64,000 nucleotides of DNA from Bradymonadia bacterium (GTDB taxonomy: Bacteria > Myxococcota_A > Bradymonadia > UBA7976 > UBA1532). Below are positions 28,471-37,625 of this stretch, piece after piece. Under the pieces are notes generated by a model. It had not been told where the DNA came from. It ran no database searches and worked only from the letters and a program-made list of their open reading frames with translations. The translations under genes and the position numbers were made by a program. Positions within the stretch are counted from its first letter, which is position 1, and the number at the start of each line of letters is the position of its first letter. The stretch lies in assembly GCA_046290225.1 (NCBI GenBank), contig JBKAGE010000008.1, positions 1 to 64,000 on the forward strand, written 5' to 3'.

Positions 28471-29279
28471 AGGCCCTCCAAGGGCAGATCGTTGGGGTCG
28501 GTTCCGAATGGGTCCTCGATCTCTACCCCAATGTCCTCGATGCCCAACAGCCCAAAGCTGATCAAGAAGACCGCGGGCACGGTGAGCCAGTCCATCCGAT
28601 GGACGAGCACGAAGGGCAGGGTGGCGAGGTACAGGCTGAGCAGCTGTCGGATATGGGCCACATAGGCGAAGGGCACCGGGGTCTTCAAGATGCGCTCGCA
28701 GGCTCCCTGATGATCGAGCATCTCACCGATGTAGCTCTCCAGAGCTCGGGCGAGATCGGGATTCAGTTTGCCGGATTTGACTTCCTGGACCACCCAGTCG
28801 CTCATCCACTGAGCGATGATCATGGGCGGGTTGGACTGCCCCTCGAGACGCTTCATCAGATGATCGGGCAGCATGCCCTCAAGAGACGGGATCGAGGGCT
28901 CGCGCCGCAGGTGTTGCCGCAGCGAGACCACATACGCTGCCACCAGAGGGTAGAGCTCATCCGCTTGGCCGGCATAGCTCGTCGCCGAGCGGACGAGGTT
29001 GCGCGAGGCGTTCACCAGCCCGCCCCAACGCTTGCGCCCTTCCCAGAATCGGTCATAGGCAGAATTGGTGCGAAAGACCAGCAACAGCCCCAGCGGTACC
29101 CCGAGGACTGTGTGGGCGAGCTGATCGAGCTCATCGATGCGATAGTAGTTCTTATTCCACCAGACCACGCCGACGGCGATCCAGACGAGCACCAGCACCC
29201 TCAACAAGATGCGGGGCAGCACCGTGCCCTTCCAGGACATCAACAGCGGGAACCATTTGCTCTTTGGATAGTCGATCAT
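28407..29279 (-). CDS. Bestrophin family ion channel
   Basis: LLVFRTNSAYDRFWEGRKRWG, CERILKTPVPFAY, EIEDPFGTDPNDLPL. Confidence 0.96.
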   Translation of the reverse strand: MIDYPKSKWFPLLMSWKGTVLPRILLRVLVLVWIAVGVVWWNKNYYRIDELDQLAHTVLGVPLGLLLVFRTNSAYDRFWEGRKRWGGLVNASRNLVRSATSYAGQADELYPLVAAYVVSLRQHLRREPSIPSLEGMLPDHLMKRLEGQSNPPMIIAQWMSDWVVQEVKSGKLNPDLARALESYIGEMLDHQGACERILKTPVPFAYVAHIRQLLSLYLATLPFVLVHRMDWLTVPAVFLISFGLLGIEDIGVEIEDPFGTDPNDLPLEGLCETIGANVKTLAEQVRVRAA

Positions 29280-29426
29280 GAGAGGCTCGCGGGGCAGGTG
29301 CGATTGGAGATCTGTACGTCACACATATTGTCTCAACATGGCGGGACGATGTGTGCCTGTGTAACAGATCTCCAGGGGGCGGTGTAACCCCCCAGGTCAC
29401 CTCATGGCATCGAAGATGTGCTGAGA

Positions 29427-30614
29427 TCAGCGGCAGCGTACCCGCTGAACGAAGGCCCCGTTCTCTGCCTTCGTGTTGTCACCGCCGGGCCAGATCTGTG
29501 CCCAGAGGCGGTGGGGACCCACACCGAGACCCTTCTGCCGCGCCGCACGACAGACGTCGTAGAGATCGAAGTAGGCGTAGACGTTGTTGTTGTTCGGATG
29601 GTTCCGAGGAGCCGCCCGGCGATGCACGTAGGTGCCCACCCCGCCATTGCCGTCGTCGACCACCACGAATTGGGTGTAATCGTTCACCCCATTCACCGGG
29701 CTCCACTCGAGGTAGGCCCAGCGGTCGACGAGCTCGGTGCGCTTGATGACCGGTCGAGTGCCGTCGGCCCGAGGCGGGGTGTTGCCGCCGCCCTGGTTGC
29801 CGCCCTGATTGCCACCACCCTGGTCGCCACCTTGATCGTTGCCCTGGTCGAAGCCCCGGGACCACTCGTCGGCCTGGCCGTTGAGCTGCCCCACGCGGGC
29901 CACTAGGTCACCGAAGATGTCACCGCCGGGGATCGCGTACCCGCTGGTGACCCGGAACACTCCACCGTCGTTGCCCACCACCGTGGGGCCGCCGGAGTCT
30001 CCAGGGCAGCTGTTGTCGGACTGCTGCAGGTTGAAGACCAGACGCTGTTTGCGGAACGTGTTGGGATCGTTCTGACTGTTCCGGCGGCCGCAGCCATAGC
30101 CATACCAGCTCACGAGATCACCCTGGTTGGGCGTGCGGGAGGCGATGGTGGTGGGTCGGGCGACGTTGGAGGGCACCGGCCGCGACAGGCGAGCGAGGGC
30201 GATGTCGTTGCTGTTCACCCCGCTGCGGGAATACGAAATGTAGGCGTCGATGGGGAAGCTCTGCTTGTTCCCCGCGCCGAGGTCGATGTTGAACTCGCCG
30301 AGCTGGCCGCCTTGTCGGGTTTGATAGTCCACGCAGTGGGCTGCGGTGACGATGACATTGGTGCGGATCAAGGTGGCGGTGCAGAAGCCGCCGCCCACCC
30401 GGATCGACCCGATCTCGGGCCGGTCGAAGGTGAAGCTCCCGTTGATGAGCTTGTCCTCGTAGTCGAGGGCTTCTTCTTCTGGAAGATCAGCGGCGAGATC
30501 GAGGGGCACATCCTGCCAGGCCTCTTCGTCGACCTCGCTGGCGCAGCCACCGAGGGCACCACCAAAAGCCATGGTGCCGAGTGTGATCAACATCATGCTG
30601 CGCAAGGGCTTCAT
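29427..30614 (-). CDS. Trypsin-like (S1) serine protease lipoprotein with C-terminal accessory domain
   Basis: Lipobox LGGC; catalytic triad motifs TAAHC, NDIAL, GDSGGP; Gly/Asn/Gln linker; GAGGAGG RBS. Confidence 0.92.
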   Translation of the reverse strand: MKPLRSMMLITLGTMAFGGALGGCASEVDEEAWQDVPLDLAADLPEEEALDYEDKLINGSFTFDRPEIGSIRVGGGFCTATLIRTNVIVTAAHCVDYQTRQGGQLGEFNIDLGAGNKQSFPIDAYISYSRSGVNSNDIALARLSRPVPSNVARPTTIASRTPNQGDLVSWYGYGCGRRNSQNDPNTFRKQRLVFNLQQSDNSCPGDSGGPTVVGNDGGVFRVTSGYAIPGGDIFGDLVARVGQLNGQADEWSRGFDQGNDQGGDQGGGNQGGNQGGGNTPPRADGTRPVIKRTELVDRWAYLEWSPVNGVNDYTQFVVVDDGNGGVGTYVHRRAAPRNHPNNNNVYAYFDLYDVCRAARQKGLGVGPHRLWAQIWPGGDNTKAENGAFVQRVRCR

Positions 30615-30701
30615 CTCCACCTCCTCGAGTGTCGGCCTCAGCGTCAGCGGTGTATTTCACAGGCCGTGCCAATGGCAGGAGGCTGATGAATGGGTGAGCT
30701 G

Positions 30702-30751
30702 TGTGACATCGATGGCACGCTTGATATGTGACTTCGAATGTAAATGTCACA
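30702..30751. promoter_or_regulatory. Two adjacent palindromic operator-like sites upstream of the protease gene
   Basis: GTGACATCGATGGCAC near-palindrome (30703-30718) and TGTGAC-N13-GTCACA (30727-30751) in an AT-richer intergenic region. Confidence 0.35.
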
Positions 30752-30790
30752 CTCTCGAATCACCCACGGGTGCAGTGGTGCGACCTCGAG

Positions 30791-32041
30791 TCAGCGCTTC
30801 ACGGTGATCTGGGGGGTGAGGGCCGCCACGCGGGTCGCAGCGCCGGCGGCTTCGAGGCTGACCACCACGGGCTCGATGGCTTTGTAGGCCTTGGGGTGCT
30901 CTTCGTAGAGCAGCTCGGCATTGTCGCAAATCACCCGGCCGCCGAGGGCGGTGCGCCGCAGGTCGGCCCGCTTGAAGCGCTGCTTCAGCTTCGCTGTGGC
31001 CTCTCCGCGACCCATCCGGCGTCCGGCACCATGGGCCACGGAGCACAGCGACTCGGCCTGGCCAGCGCCTTCCATCACCCACGTAGGCGCCCCGCGGCTG
31101 CCGAGCACCGCGGTGAGGGTGCCAGCGTCGGCTGGGGCGGCTCCCTTGCGGTGCAGCCAGACGGGTGCGTCACCATACCGCGCGGGTTGCACGTGATTAT
31201 GGACCACGTCGAACCAGCCACCCACGCGATCGGGGCGGGCGTTCCCCATGGCGTCGAGGGCGCGCCAGACCAGAGCCCAGCGGTTGGCCCGGGCGTAGCG
31301 CACCGCCCCGAGCAGCTCGCCGCGATAGCGCGCCTGGGTCTCGGCGTCGCTCAGGATCTGCCCTGCCCAGGCGCGACCGACGATGCCGCCGAGGCCCCGT
31401 GATCCCGAGTGGGCGATGATGGCCCCGCCTTTCTCCACAAGGCCCGCCTGTGAGGCGCGATCGCTGACGATTTCGGTGACGGCGCTGATCTCCAGGAAGT
31501 GGTTGCCGCCACCCACTGTGCCCAGCTGCCGGGCAAAGACCTCGGCACCGTCGATGATCGCTTGAGGCATCGGACCGCTGGGCACGTCGTCTTCCTCGGA
31601 GACTGTCTCCGAGGTGAAGGTCTCCACCAATTCGACAAGCCCCTCAGGCACCCAGTCCACCTCGAGCAGCCCCCGTGGGCCGTGATCCCAGACCGCCTTC
31701 ACCAGTTCGAGGGGGTCGCAGTCGTCGAAGATCGGCTTCTGGGTGAGCTTGTCGACGCGCTTGACCAGGGCGTCGCCTCGACGGCGGGGGGCGGGGACCC
31801 CGATGACGAGCACCCCACAGCCCGCATCTCCGCCCACAAGGGTCGGGCGGATCTCACCATCGAAGGCAAAGGCGGCGCCCACGGGGATCCCCCGGCCAGG
31901 GTGCAGATCGGGCATGCCCACGGCTCGGAGACAGCAGGGGCAATTGGCCACGTGGCTGAGTTGATCGATGGCGGCGGTCTCCATCCAGACATCGGAAGAG
32001 GCGATGATCTGTGCGTGATCAGGCAGGGTGGGCATCGGCAT
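30791..32041 (-). CDS. rtcB: RNA ligase RtcB family, release factor H-coupled (RtcB2) type
   Basis: IASSDVWMETAAIDQL N-terminus, GMPDLHPGRG, GGDAGCG, GTVGGGNHFLE, HSGSRG, HNH, HRKGA, HGAGR, EEHPKAYK; start 32035-32065 uncertain. Confidence 0.92.
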   Translation of the reverse strand: MPMPTLPDHAQIIASSDVWMETAAIDQLSHVANCPCCLRAVGMPDLHPGRGIPVGAAFAFDGEIRPTLVGGDAGCGVLVIGVPAPRRRGDALVKRVDKLTQKPIFDDCDPLELVKAVWDHGPRGLLEVDWVPEGLVELVETFTSETVSEEDDVPSGPMPQAIIDGAEVFARQLGTVGGGNHFLEISAVTEIVSDRASQAGLVEKGGAIIAHSGSRGLGGIVGRAWAGQILSDAETQARYRGELLGAVRYARANRWALVWRALDAMGNARPDRVGGWFDVVHNHVQPARYGDAPVWLHRKGAAPADAGTLTAVLGSRGAPTWVMEGAGQAESLCSVAHGAGRRMGRGEATAKLKQRFKRADLRRTALGGRVICDNAELLYEEHPKAYKAIEPVVVSLEAAGAATRVAALTPQITVKR

Positions 32042-32143
32042 CTCACTGTGAAGTTTGGCGGGCATGGTACGGAAAACGCCGGTGAGCAGCCAATCACAGG
32101 GCAATCCGGGGCAATCGCGCTGGGTCGTGGTATACACACAGGT

Positions 32144-33904
32144 ATGTCTGAGCGCCGGGCCAGCATCTGGCCGCTCCCTGGCGGCGTGTTGCACTATGTC
32201 GACACCCTCACGGCCCTCACCGAGGCTGTGGCGAAGCCCCCAGGCGGTGGCCCTCTCACCCGTGAAGAGTTCTACGACCTGCTCGAGGCCGCCTATGGCG
32301 TCACCGGCCTCAAAATGCGGGAGACCTACCTCAAGGTGCTCGAGGTCCTCGGCTTTGCCACCGTGGGCGGAGATGCCATCGAGATCACCCCTGCAGGCAC
32401 CGAATGGCTCGACACGCATGCGCCCGAATTCGTCTTCGAGGCCCTGCACCGCAACTTCGTGGGGGTGCTTGAGACCCTCGTGCTCATGGAGACCCTGGGG
32501 CTGGCCCAGGGGGTCGAGCTGCATCATCTGCTCAGCGCCCTGTGCGACATCGAGTGGCGCAGCACCAAACAGGGCGATTTTCGCCGGAACTGGCTCGTAG
32601 GCCTCGGCTATGCAGAGCGTCACCCAGAAGGCGATCGCATCACCGCGGCGGGGGTGGCGCTGCTCGACACTTGGCAGGGCGAGGCCGACGAGATCAGAGC
32701 GCGAGTGTCCCAGCTCGATCTGCCCGTGGAGTATCCCGATGCCCATGAGGGGCTCGACGGCAGATGGGCAGAGGAGGCCTCTGCCCCCGGCGCGTTGAGC
32801 ATCGACACTCCAGAGGTCACCACCTCGGGGCCCGCAACCACAGAAGGGGTGACAGAAGAGACAGCAGAGCTCGAGCCCGCAGATGCTGACGAGGATGCCG
32901 AAGGCGAGATGGCAGATGATGATCTGCCCTGGGATCGACCTGTGCTCCCTGTGGACGCGGTGATGACCCGCTTGGGCCCGCTGGCATTGTCCCAGTCGGT
33001 GGTGGCGCAGATTTGTGCGGCCATCTCCGCGGGGCAACACGTGCTCCTCGTGGGCCCGCCGGGCACGGGCAAGACCGAGCTTGCGGAGCGGGTGGCTCAG
33101 GCCGCAGCCGTCGAGGGGTGGTGTCGCGGAGGCCTCACCGCCACCGCCTCTGCTGACTGGACCACTTACGAGACCGTCGGGGGCTACGCCCTGGGCCGAG
33201 ATCAGGCCCTCAGCTTTCGCCCGGGGGTGTTTTTGCAGGCCGTCGACGAGTCGAAGTGGTTGATCATCGACGAGTTCAACCGCGCCGATCTCGATCGGGC
33301 CTTTGGTGAGCTGATGACTGTGCTCTCGGGCAAAGGAGTACGCACCCCCTTCGTCGACGACGCCGGGCGCCCTGTCACTGTGGGCCCGGGTCGAACGCAT
33401 CGTTATCCCGTGCCCTGGACGTTCCGGGTGCTGGCCACCATGAACACATGGGACAAGACTTCGCTGTTCAGGCTGTCTCACGCGCTGCAGCGGCGCTTTG
33501 CCACGGTGCACGTCGGACCCCCTGGGGGTTCGATCTACGCCGAGGTGCTCAAGCAGGCGGCTCTGGCCCCTGATCGGGTGCCCGCGCTCCCCGAAGACGT
33601 CACCCGTCGACTCGCGGCTCTCTTCAGTGAGGGGGCTCTGTTGTCGATCCGGCCTGTGGGGCCGGCGATCCCCTTGGACATGATCAAATACATGCGCCAC
33701 AGAGGGATCGGCGGCGACTCTGGTGGAGATGCCCTCGCCGAGGCCTTCGAGATGTACCTGCTGCCTCAGCTCGAGGGCCTCGATCGAGGCCCCGCCGATC
33801 GAGCCTGGTCCGTGCTGGTCCGCGCCCTCGAAGGGGTGGCGTCTCCAGGCAGAGTGGCCGACTTGAGGGCCCGCTTCGATGAGCTCTTCCCCCACCTCCG
33901 CTGA
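32144..33904 (+). CDS. McrB-like AAA+ NTPase with N-terminal tandem winged-helix-like domains
   Basis: Walker A GPPGTGKT, Walker B LIIDEFNRAD, McrB signature TMNTWD, RRF; two N-terminal L-x2-LG-[FY]...IT-x-AG repeats. Confidence 0.88.
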   Translation: MSERRASIWPLPGGVLHYVDTLTALTEAVAKPPGGGPLTREEFYDLLEAAYGVTGLKMRETYLKVLEVLGFATVGGDAIEITPAGTEWLDTHAPEFVFEALHRNFVGVLETLVLMETLGLAQGVELHHLLSALCDIEWRSTKQGDFRRNWLVGLGYAERHPEGDRITAAGVALLDTWQGEADEIRARVSQLDLPVEYPDAHEGLDGRWAEEASAPGALSIDTPEVTTSGPATTEGVTEETAELEPADADEDAEGEMADDDLPWDRPVLPVDAVMTRLGPLALSQSVVAQICAAISAGQHVLLVGPPGTGKTELAERVAQAAAVEGWCRGGLTATASADWTTYETVGGYALGRDQALSFRPGVFLQAVDESKWLIIDEFNRADLDRAFGELMTVLSGKGVRTPFVDDAGRPVTVGPGRTHRYPVPWTFRVLATMNTWDKTSLFRLSHALQRRFATVHVGPPGGSIYAEVLKQAALAPDRVPALPEDVTRRLAALFSEGALLSIRPVGPAIPLDMIKYMRHRGIGGDSGGDALAEAFEMYLLPQLEGLDRGPADRAWSVLVRALEGVASPGRVADLRARFDELFPHLR

Positions 33905-35171
33905 GGCGGCCGCCTTCGAGCCTGCCTGGGAGACGTTCCTCAGGTCCGAGGCCATGGGGTGGCTGTTGCCCTCTGCGTGCAGGCAGGCCATGAGCCCGCA
34001 CCTCGCTGCACGGTTTCTCCGGCGCCTCACGGGCCGCCCTGATCAGCTCGAGCTGCTGCACGAGAGCAGCCTCATCTCGGCGCACTTGAACGAGATCATC
34101 GACTTCGTACGGCGAGCGCTCCCTGCCTGGGTGCGGATCATGCCGTCGGTGAGCGAGCGTCTGCGAGAGGTGCACGAGGGTGTGGTGCCGGGGCCCCTCG
34201 ACATACCGGCGACTCTGGCGCTCCGGCGTCGCGGTCAGCACACGCGATTCGTGACGCGGCGACCCATACGGCGTTTCGACCGACCCGAGAACATTCTGGT
34301 GGCGGCGGTGGCCCGCCGGCTGCTGGCCATTCTGGTCCGGTTGAGGTCAGAGGGGGTCATCCGTCAAAAGAACTGGGGGGCCGAGGCCCTGGCCTGTGAG
34401 GGAGTTCTGCGCCACGTGTTCCGCCAGAGCACCTTGCGCCAGGTACCCGAAGTGCCCATCACCGCGGTCCATCTGCAAGGCGCCATCGAGGCCCCGATGC
34501 CCATTTATGAGCAGGCGAGGGCGCTCTGGGCGCCGCTCTCCGCCATCACCGCCCCCACTCGACCTGATGCCGTGGCCCGGCTGGTGGCTGAAGGGGCCCT
34601 GGCCCCCCTCGAGCCTCACCGACGCTTCGAATATGCGGTGTGTGTCGCTCTCATCGCAGGCCTGTGGCGCACCCTCGACGAGGCCGAGCCTCACCGGTGG
34701 CGCCTCGAGCGGTCTCTGGTCATCGAGGGCCGCGACGAGATCGCCGCCCTGGTTCGCCCCGCAGATGGCGCCCGCCTGCGGGTGTACTACGACACCACCG
34801 CGCAGCTGCCTGCGGGTCCGCGAGATCTCGGCGTGCAGCGCTACCTCGGCGTCAGCGGGCGGTTGAGGCCCGACATCACGGTCTGGTGCGAGATCCCGGG
34901 TCAGAAGCCCCGGGCGGTGGTGGTGGAGGTGAAGCTCTCGGTGGATCGCGAATACCTCGCCTCGGGTTTTCAAGAGGCCCTGGCCTACGTAAATGAGTAC
35001 CGGCCAGTGCTGTGGGGATGGCCCAAGGCGATCCTGGTGACCTCGGCGGCGATCCCCGGCGCCCCTGCTCGTGATGACGACGCCGTGGCCATTGATTGGG
35101 ATCGCTGGCCCTCTGCGGATTTGCTCCATGGCATCACCGAAGGTGTGTCGCACGACACATCAGAGGGTTGA
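33879..35171 (+). CDS. McrC-like / DUF2357-type PD-(D/E)XK nuclease
   Basis: Overlaps the McrB-like stop; G-x-LDIPAT, FDRPENILV, RFEY, LRPDITV...VVEVK nuclease motif, AYV. Confidence 0.8.
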   Translation: MSSSPTSAEAAAFEPAWETFLRSEAMGWLLPSACRQAMSPHLAARFLRRLTGRPDQLELLHESSLISAHLNEIIDFVRRALPAWVRIMPSVSERLREVHEGVVPGPLDIPATLALRRRGQHTRFVTRRPIRRFDRPENILVAAVARRLLAILVRLRSEGVIRQKNWGAEALACEGVLRHVFRQSTLRQVPEVPITAVHLQGAIEAPMPIYEQARALWAPLSAITAPTRPDAVARLVAEGALAPLEPHRRFEYAVCVALIAGLWRTLDEAEPHRWRLERSLVIEGRDEIAALVRPADGARLRVYYDTTAQLPAGPRDLGVQRYLGVSGRLRPDITVWCEIPGQKPRAVVVEVKLSVDREYLASGFQEALAYVNEYRPVLWGWPKAILVTSAAIPGAPARDDDAVAIDWDRWPSADLLHGITEGVSHDTSEG

Positions 35172-35366
35172 TCCCATCTTCGTCGCTCCGCTCAACTGAA
35201 TCTGGTCTCCATGCCGATGAAGAGATTCTGAGGCAAATGAGTCTCGACGGTGACCGTCAAGGTGTTCTCAGCATCTTGATCTCAGCTCGCCTCGCGCACC
35301 ACGGCATCACGCCACGGGTCCCTCACGATGAGTGGCTCCGATGCCATGGATCACAAGGAGTCTGTG

Positions 35367-36569
35367 ATGAAGCCATTGCCATTAGTCGAAGAGCAGATCT
35401 GGCTCCTGAGTGCCCTCGGTGAGCTGATCGAGCGCTGTGGGCCCGAGTCGCTGACGCGATCACCCATTCCCACACCATCGTCACGTTACTTACCTGATCC
35501 CATCGAATCAGATCTGATCAGTGTACACACACTGTGTCGCCGTCTCTTGCTCTACGCAGGTCTACGCAATTTCGAGGTCACACTCGCAGATCGACACCAC
35601 GCCACCCAGGGCCCTGTGGCCGGTGGCCGTGGTGGGCTCTGGCTCGCCGAGATCGAAGACACCTCGATCACCTTCGGCTTCGAGCCCCGTCGCATCGAAG
35701 ACATCGACGATTTGCTCGCTCAGATGGCCCGAGCGGTGGCCCAGGCCTGGCGCGCGCATCATGATCTCGTCGACGACGACGCATACGAAGAAGCCCGCCT
35801 CGTAGATGTCACCGCGATGTACCTCGGCTTCGGCGTCTTCATGCTCAACGGTGCGCATCGGGCGAGCACGCCAAAGGCGGCCCACGAGATGATCGGCGGC
35901 TGGTGGTCTTCGGCCCCCACGGGATATCTGAGCCCCCAGAGCGCGGCCTGGCTGCTCACGGCTCAGCTGCGCATCAGAGAAGAAGACGCCCGCACGGTGG
36001 CGGCCATCGAGCGCACTCTGGGCCCAATTCAGCAAGTGTGCTTCCGCGCGAGCCGAGCAGAGCACGATGGCCGGGGGAGCAATTTGCGCCGAGACCTGGG
36101 CATCTACGCCCCGGAGACCTGGGACCCAGCGCCGCCGCTGAGCATGTTCACGGCACCCCTGAAGCCTGCTCACGTGGGCGACTCGGCCCCCGAATTGAGC
36201 CCCGACGAGCCTCATACGGTGTTCCGCATCATCCAGACGGGCATGCACCGCAACCTGTTGATTCAGATGGCGGTGATCAACATCGTGGCGGCGATCATGG
36301 TGGTCAAAGGAGGCCGCCTCGGGGTGATGGCGGCGATGATGACTCTGGGTGTCACTGCGGTGATGGCGCTTCGGGGTCGCCGCCGGGAGCACTGCTCGCA
36401 TTGCAAGCACGCTTTGAATCACAGCCACGTCGAGTGTCCGGGCTGCGGAGGCATGATCAGAGGCCGCATCGAAGACCGCGGGCGCGGTCGTCGCATTGAT
36501 CAACTGCTCTCCGAGAAAGCGCCGGGCGACGAGAAGGGTGGTCGGGGGCGCGGTGAGCGAGTGCCGTGA
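35367..36569 (+). CDS. Hypothetical membrane protein with zincin-like core (HExxH absent), two TMs and zinc ribbon
   Basis: AAGGAG RBS; EEARLVDVTAMYLGFG, GYLS; two hydrophobic helices; CSHC-x9-CPGCG. Confidence 0.75.
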   Translation: MKPLPLVEEQIWLLSALGELIERCGPESLTRSPIPTPSSRYLPDPIESDLISVHTLCRRLLLYAGLRNFEVTLADRHHATQGPVAGGRGGLWLAEIEDTSITFGFEPRRIEDIDDLLAQMARAVAQAWRAHHDLVDDDAYEEARLVDVTAMYLGFGVFMLNGAHRASTPKAAHEMIGGWWSSAPTGYLSPQSAAWLLTAQLRIREEDARTVAAIERTLGPIQQVCFRASRAEHDGRGSNLRRDLGIYAPETWDPAPPLSMFTAPLKPAHVGDSAPELSPDEPHTVFRIIQTGMHRNLLIQMAVINIVAAIMVVKGGRLGVMAAMMTLGVTAVMALRGRRREHCSHCKHALNHSHVECPGCGGMIRGRIEDRGRGRRIDQLLSEKAPGDEKGGRGRGERVP

Positions 36570-36577
36570 GCTCGCGT

Positions 36578-36598
36578 GTAGCGGACGGCCGTCCGCTC
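36578..36598. repeat. Single GTAG-type REP-like palindrome between convergent genes
   Basis: GTAGCGGACGGCCGTCCGCTC contains a perfect 18-bp palindrome and the same core as the element at 55667-56036. Confidence 0.75.
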
Positions 36599-37622
36599 AA
36601 TCCAGCGGATAGCCTCGCTCACCCCACACATAGAACCCCTCGTCCAGCACCGCGATGCGGGTGAAGCCCACCGCCGCCAGGGCATCATAGGCCTGACCCG
36701 AGACCGCGTGAGGGCAGCCACAATACGTGACGATCCATGTGTCTTTCGGCAGATCTTCGGCGTACTCGCTCACCACATAAAAGGGCAGGTTGATCGCCCC
36801 AGTGATGTGGGACTGCACGTAGTCCGAGGTCGGGCGGGCATCGAGCAAGATCACCCGGGCCCCAGCGTCGAGGGCTGCCTTCACCTGATCAGCAGGCACG
36901 AAGCGGTCCTCGCGGAGCGTGAAGTCGGGCTCGGGGCCGTCGGGGTTGATCACCATGTCGGTGAGATCAGGTGTGTAGGGCATCTCCGGGGCAGCGTCAG
37001 GGTCTCGGGCCTGACTGCGGAGCCAGACCACGACATCTCGGATCGCCTGACCTGTGAGCTCGTCTTTGTAGGCAGGCATGGCCGTGCCCTCACGGCCTTC
37101 GGTGATGGCGTATTGCAGGAAGCCATCACTCGCCGTGGCCAGAAACCATGGGTTGGTCAGGCTCAAGGCGGTGATCCCCTCGCCGTTTTCACCGTGGCAG
37201 CCGGCGCATCGGGCGGCGTAGACCGGAGCACCTCGTTGGGCCACCCCTTCGACGACCTCATCGTGCACGTCGAGGGGATCATCGGTTTGCCAACTGCGCA
37301 GGTGGGCCACGATGGCGTCTACCTGGGCGTCGTCCAGGGGGCCCTGGTTGGCCTCGCCCCAGGGAGACATCGGCGTGCCGGGGCGGCCGTGCACGATGCC
37401 CGCTCGGAGGAAATCGTCAGTGGCTGTACGGAGGAAGGCCGGGTGGCTCAGGGCGTTGGCGTTGTCGGCGAGGTAGCCCTCGCCGCGCTCGCCGTGACAG
37501 AAGGCACAATATTGAGTGTAGAGGGCCGCCCCGTCGTGGGTGGGGGTGGTGCTCGCGTCGTCAGAGCCACAACCGGCGAGCGTGATCGGCAACGTCAGAG
37601 ACAAGACCAGCGCCCACCGCAT
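36597..37622 (-). CDS. Diheme cytochrome c - rhodanese fusion lipoprotein
   Basis: Lipobox LAGC; CAFCH and CAGCH heme motifs each followed by GR-x-GT-x-M; LDARP...HITGAINLP, YCGCPH, LDEG rhodanese motifs. Confidence 0.92.
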   Translation of the reverse strand: MRWALVLSLTLPITLAGCGSDDASTTPTHDGAALYTQYCAFCHGERGEGYLADNANALSHPAFLRTATDDFLRAGIVHGRPGTPMSPWGEANQGPLDDAQVDAIVAHLRSWQTDDPLDVHDEVVEGVAQRGAPVYAARCAGCHGENGEGITALSLTNPWFLATASDGFLQYAITEGREGTAMPAYKDELTGQAIRDVVVWLRSQARDPDAAPEMPYTPDLTDMVINPDGPEPDFTLREDRFVPADQVKAALDAGARVILLDARPTSDYVQSHITGAINLPFYVVSEYAEDLPKDTWIVTYCGCPHAVSGQAYDALAAVGFTRIAVLDEGFYVWGERGYPLD

Positions 37623-37625
37623 CGA

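Noticed and set aside
31499..32143. N-terminal extension of the McrB-like ORF (801 aa)
   Set aside because: Antisense to rtcB; the plausible start is ATG 32144
30791..34030. 1079-aa ORF as a giant RtcB fusion
   Set aside because: The part above about 32065 is the antisense shadow of the McrB-like gene; RtcB similarity starts near 32041
30791..36569. Prophage or integrative island around the defence genes
   Set aside because: No integrase, transposase, tRNA target, flanking direct repeats or obvious compositional shift seen
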